From positions 1,224,491 to 1,288,490 of the forward strand of contig JAHRHZ010000066.1 of NCBI GenBank assembly GCA_024137785.1: DNA of 64,000 bases, in the 5' to 3' direction. Positions within the stretch are counted from its first letter, which is position 1. Each line of letters starts with the position of its first letter. The translations under genes and the position numbers were made by a program. Shown here in pieces: positions 62,990 to 64,000 of the stretch. Below the pieces are notes generated by a model. It had not been told where the DNA came from. It worked only from the letters and a program-made list of their open reading frames with translations, and did not search any database. This DNA comes from Ginglymostoma cirratum. Taxonomy: Eukaryota.

Positions 62990-63600
62990 TTTTATGTCAC
63001 TGATAAAGACTTTGTTGACAAGTTGATTGCAGCTGTCATCCATCATCAGTCCTGACTGGACTACAGCAAGAATTGTTGGGACCTGCTCTTCTCTGTCAAA
63101 ACTGCTTACTAGTCCAAGATCATCCTGGAAAGTCATGATAAGCCCTGGCATCGTCTTTGTTAACTCCTTAAACTTAGTTTCTTTAAATTCCTCTGCCTAC
63201 TCTATCCTCATATCTACAAGTACAGCAGCTCATGAATCTCTTTGACACTAATCATCCACTCATCTGTTTTGACTATTCTGGTTCTCTAAGTCCATCATTC
63301 TTTTCCTCAGATCCTGAAACTGCATCTTTATCTAATTTCTCTCCCATGTGCCCTCACATCCTCTTTTATCTCATTTTCATCAATCAGAAACTGTTCCTAT
63401 AAATCTCTGCCCATCTAACTTCATGTTTTGTTTATCTGACATTTAGTAAATAGTTCCCTTTCTCTTTCTCAACAACATCATACCCAATAAAAAAACTCAC
63501 CCTCCACCTCTCTTTTTTTAAAAACCACAATCTCATCCCTAAATCCTTCACAAAAGTCCCTGAATTCATAGCTACCTGTAACATCAGTGCCTCGCATTTC
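62990..63600 (+). mobile_element. Highly decayed L2-like ORF2 remnant
   Basis: C/T-rich sequence with RT-like remnants (cctctgcctactctatcc, atcatacccaataaaaaaactcaccctcc, tacctgtaacatc). Confidence 0.4.
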
Positions 63601-64000
63601 CAGCAAGAATGTGTTTTCTTTAACATCTTCAAACAGATTTCTTATTCTGTGACAGCAATAAAATGTCTCCTGATGATAGGAGACAAGGTAATGCAGCTTT
63701 CCTTTGGCTCATGTCTTCACTGTAGAAATCTCCCATTCTACATTTCAATATTTCCTGGGGCTGTGATCACTGATCATTCCCGTGGGTAGTCCTTTCAATA
63801 TTACAGTCAGAAGTTTGTCTATTATTCTCCAATATCTAAACATATCCTCATACAACCTGAAGGTATAAAAAGAGAGAAACTATTTTAGCTGCTTTTGGTG
63901 TTTGAGACATAGCCTTAAATCTTTCAGAAGGAAATCACCTAGACATGGAAAGGGTGGTAGAAGTTAGGAACTCTATTTTTCAAATAATGGTTGATGCCAG

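Noticed and set aside
57836-64000. Exon 4 (KTKEELE...) or a duplicated alternative exon 3
   Set aside because: No matching coding sequence with splice sites found by eye; probably beyond the window. A TBLASTN would settle it.

Overview
Cartilaginous-fish (shark/ray-type) genomic DNA; the taxon is inferred from HE1-type tRNA-SINEs and the repeat landscape. One host gene is present on the + strand: the 5' part of a syntaxin-1 gene, closest to STX1A. Three coding exons (6313-6342, 28373-28450, 57736-57835; 30/78/100 nt, GT-AG introns of ~22 kb and ~29 kb) encode [69 protein letters not shown]; exon 4 was not found in the window. The rest is intronic or upstream DNA dominated by decayed CR1, L2 and Tx1 LINEs and tRNA-derived SINEs, and almost all long ORFs in the track are spurious. 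The most interesting signal is a set of short Penelope-like insertions from at least three families. They carry minimal hammerhead-ribozyme cores (CUGAnGA-x-stem II-GAAAC-GUH), often as inverted duplications with 12-15 bp target-site duplications (TSDs). One copy (55563-55939) keeps a GIY-YIG-type C-terminal remnant and an apparently intact hammerhead in the sense orientation of the syntaxin pre-mRNA. Repeat boundaries were read by eye and are approximate.
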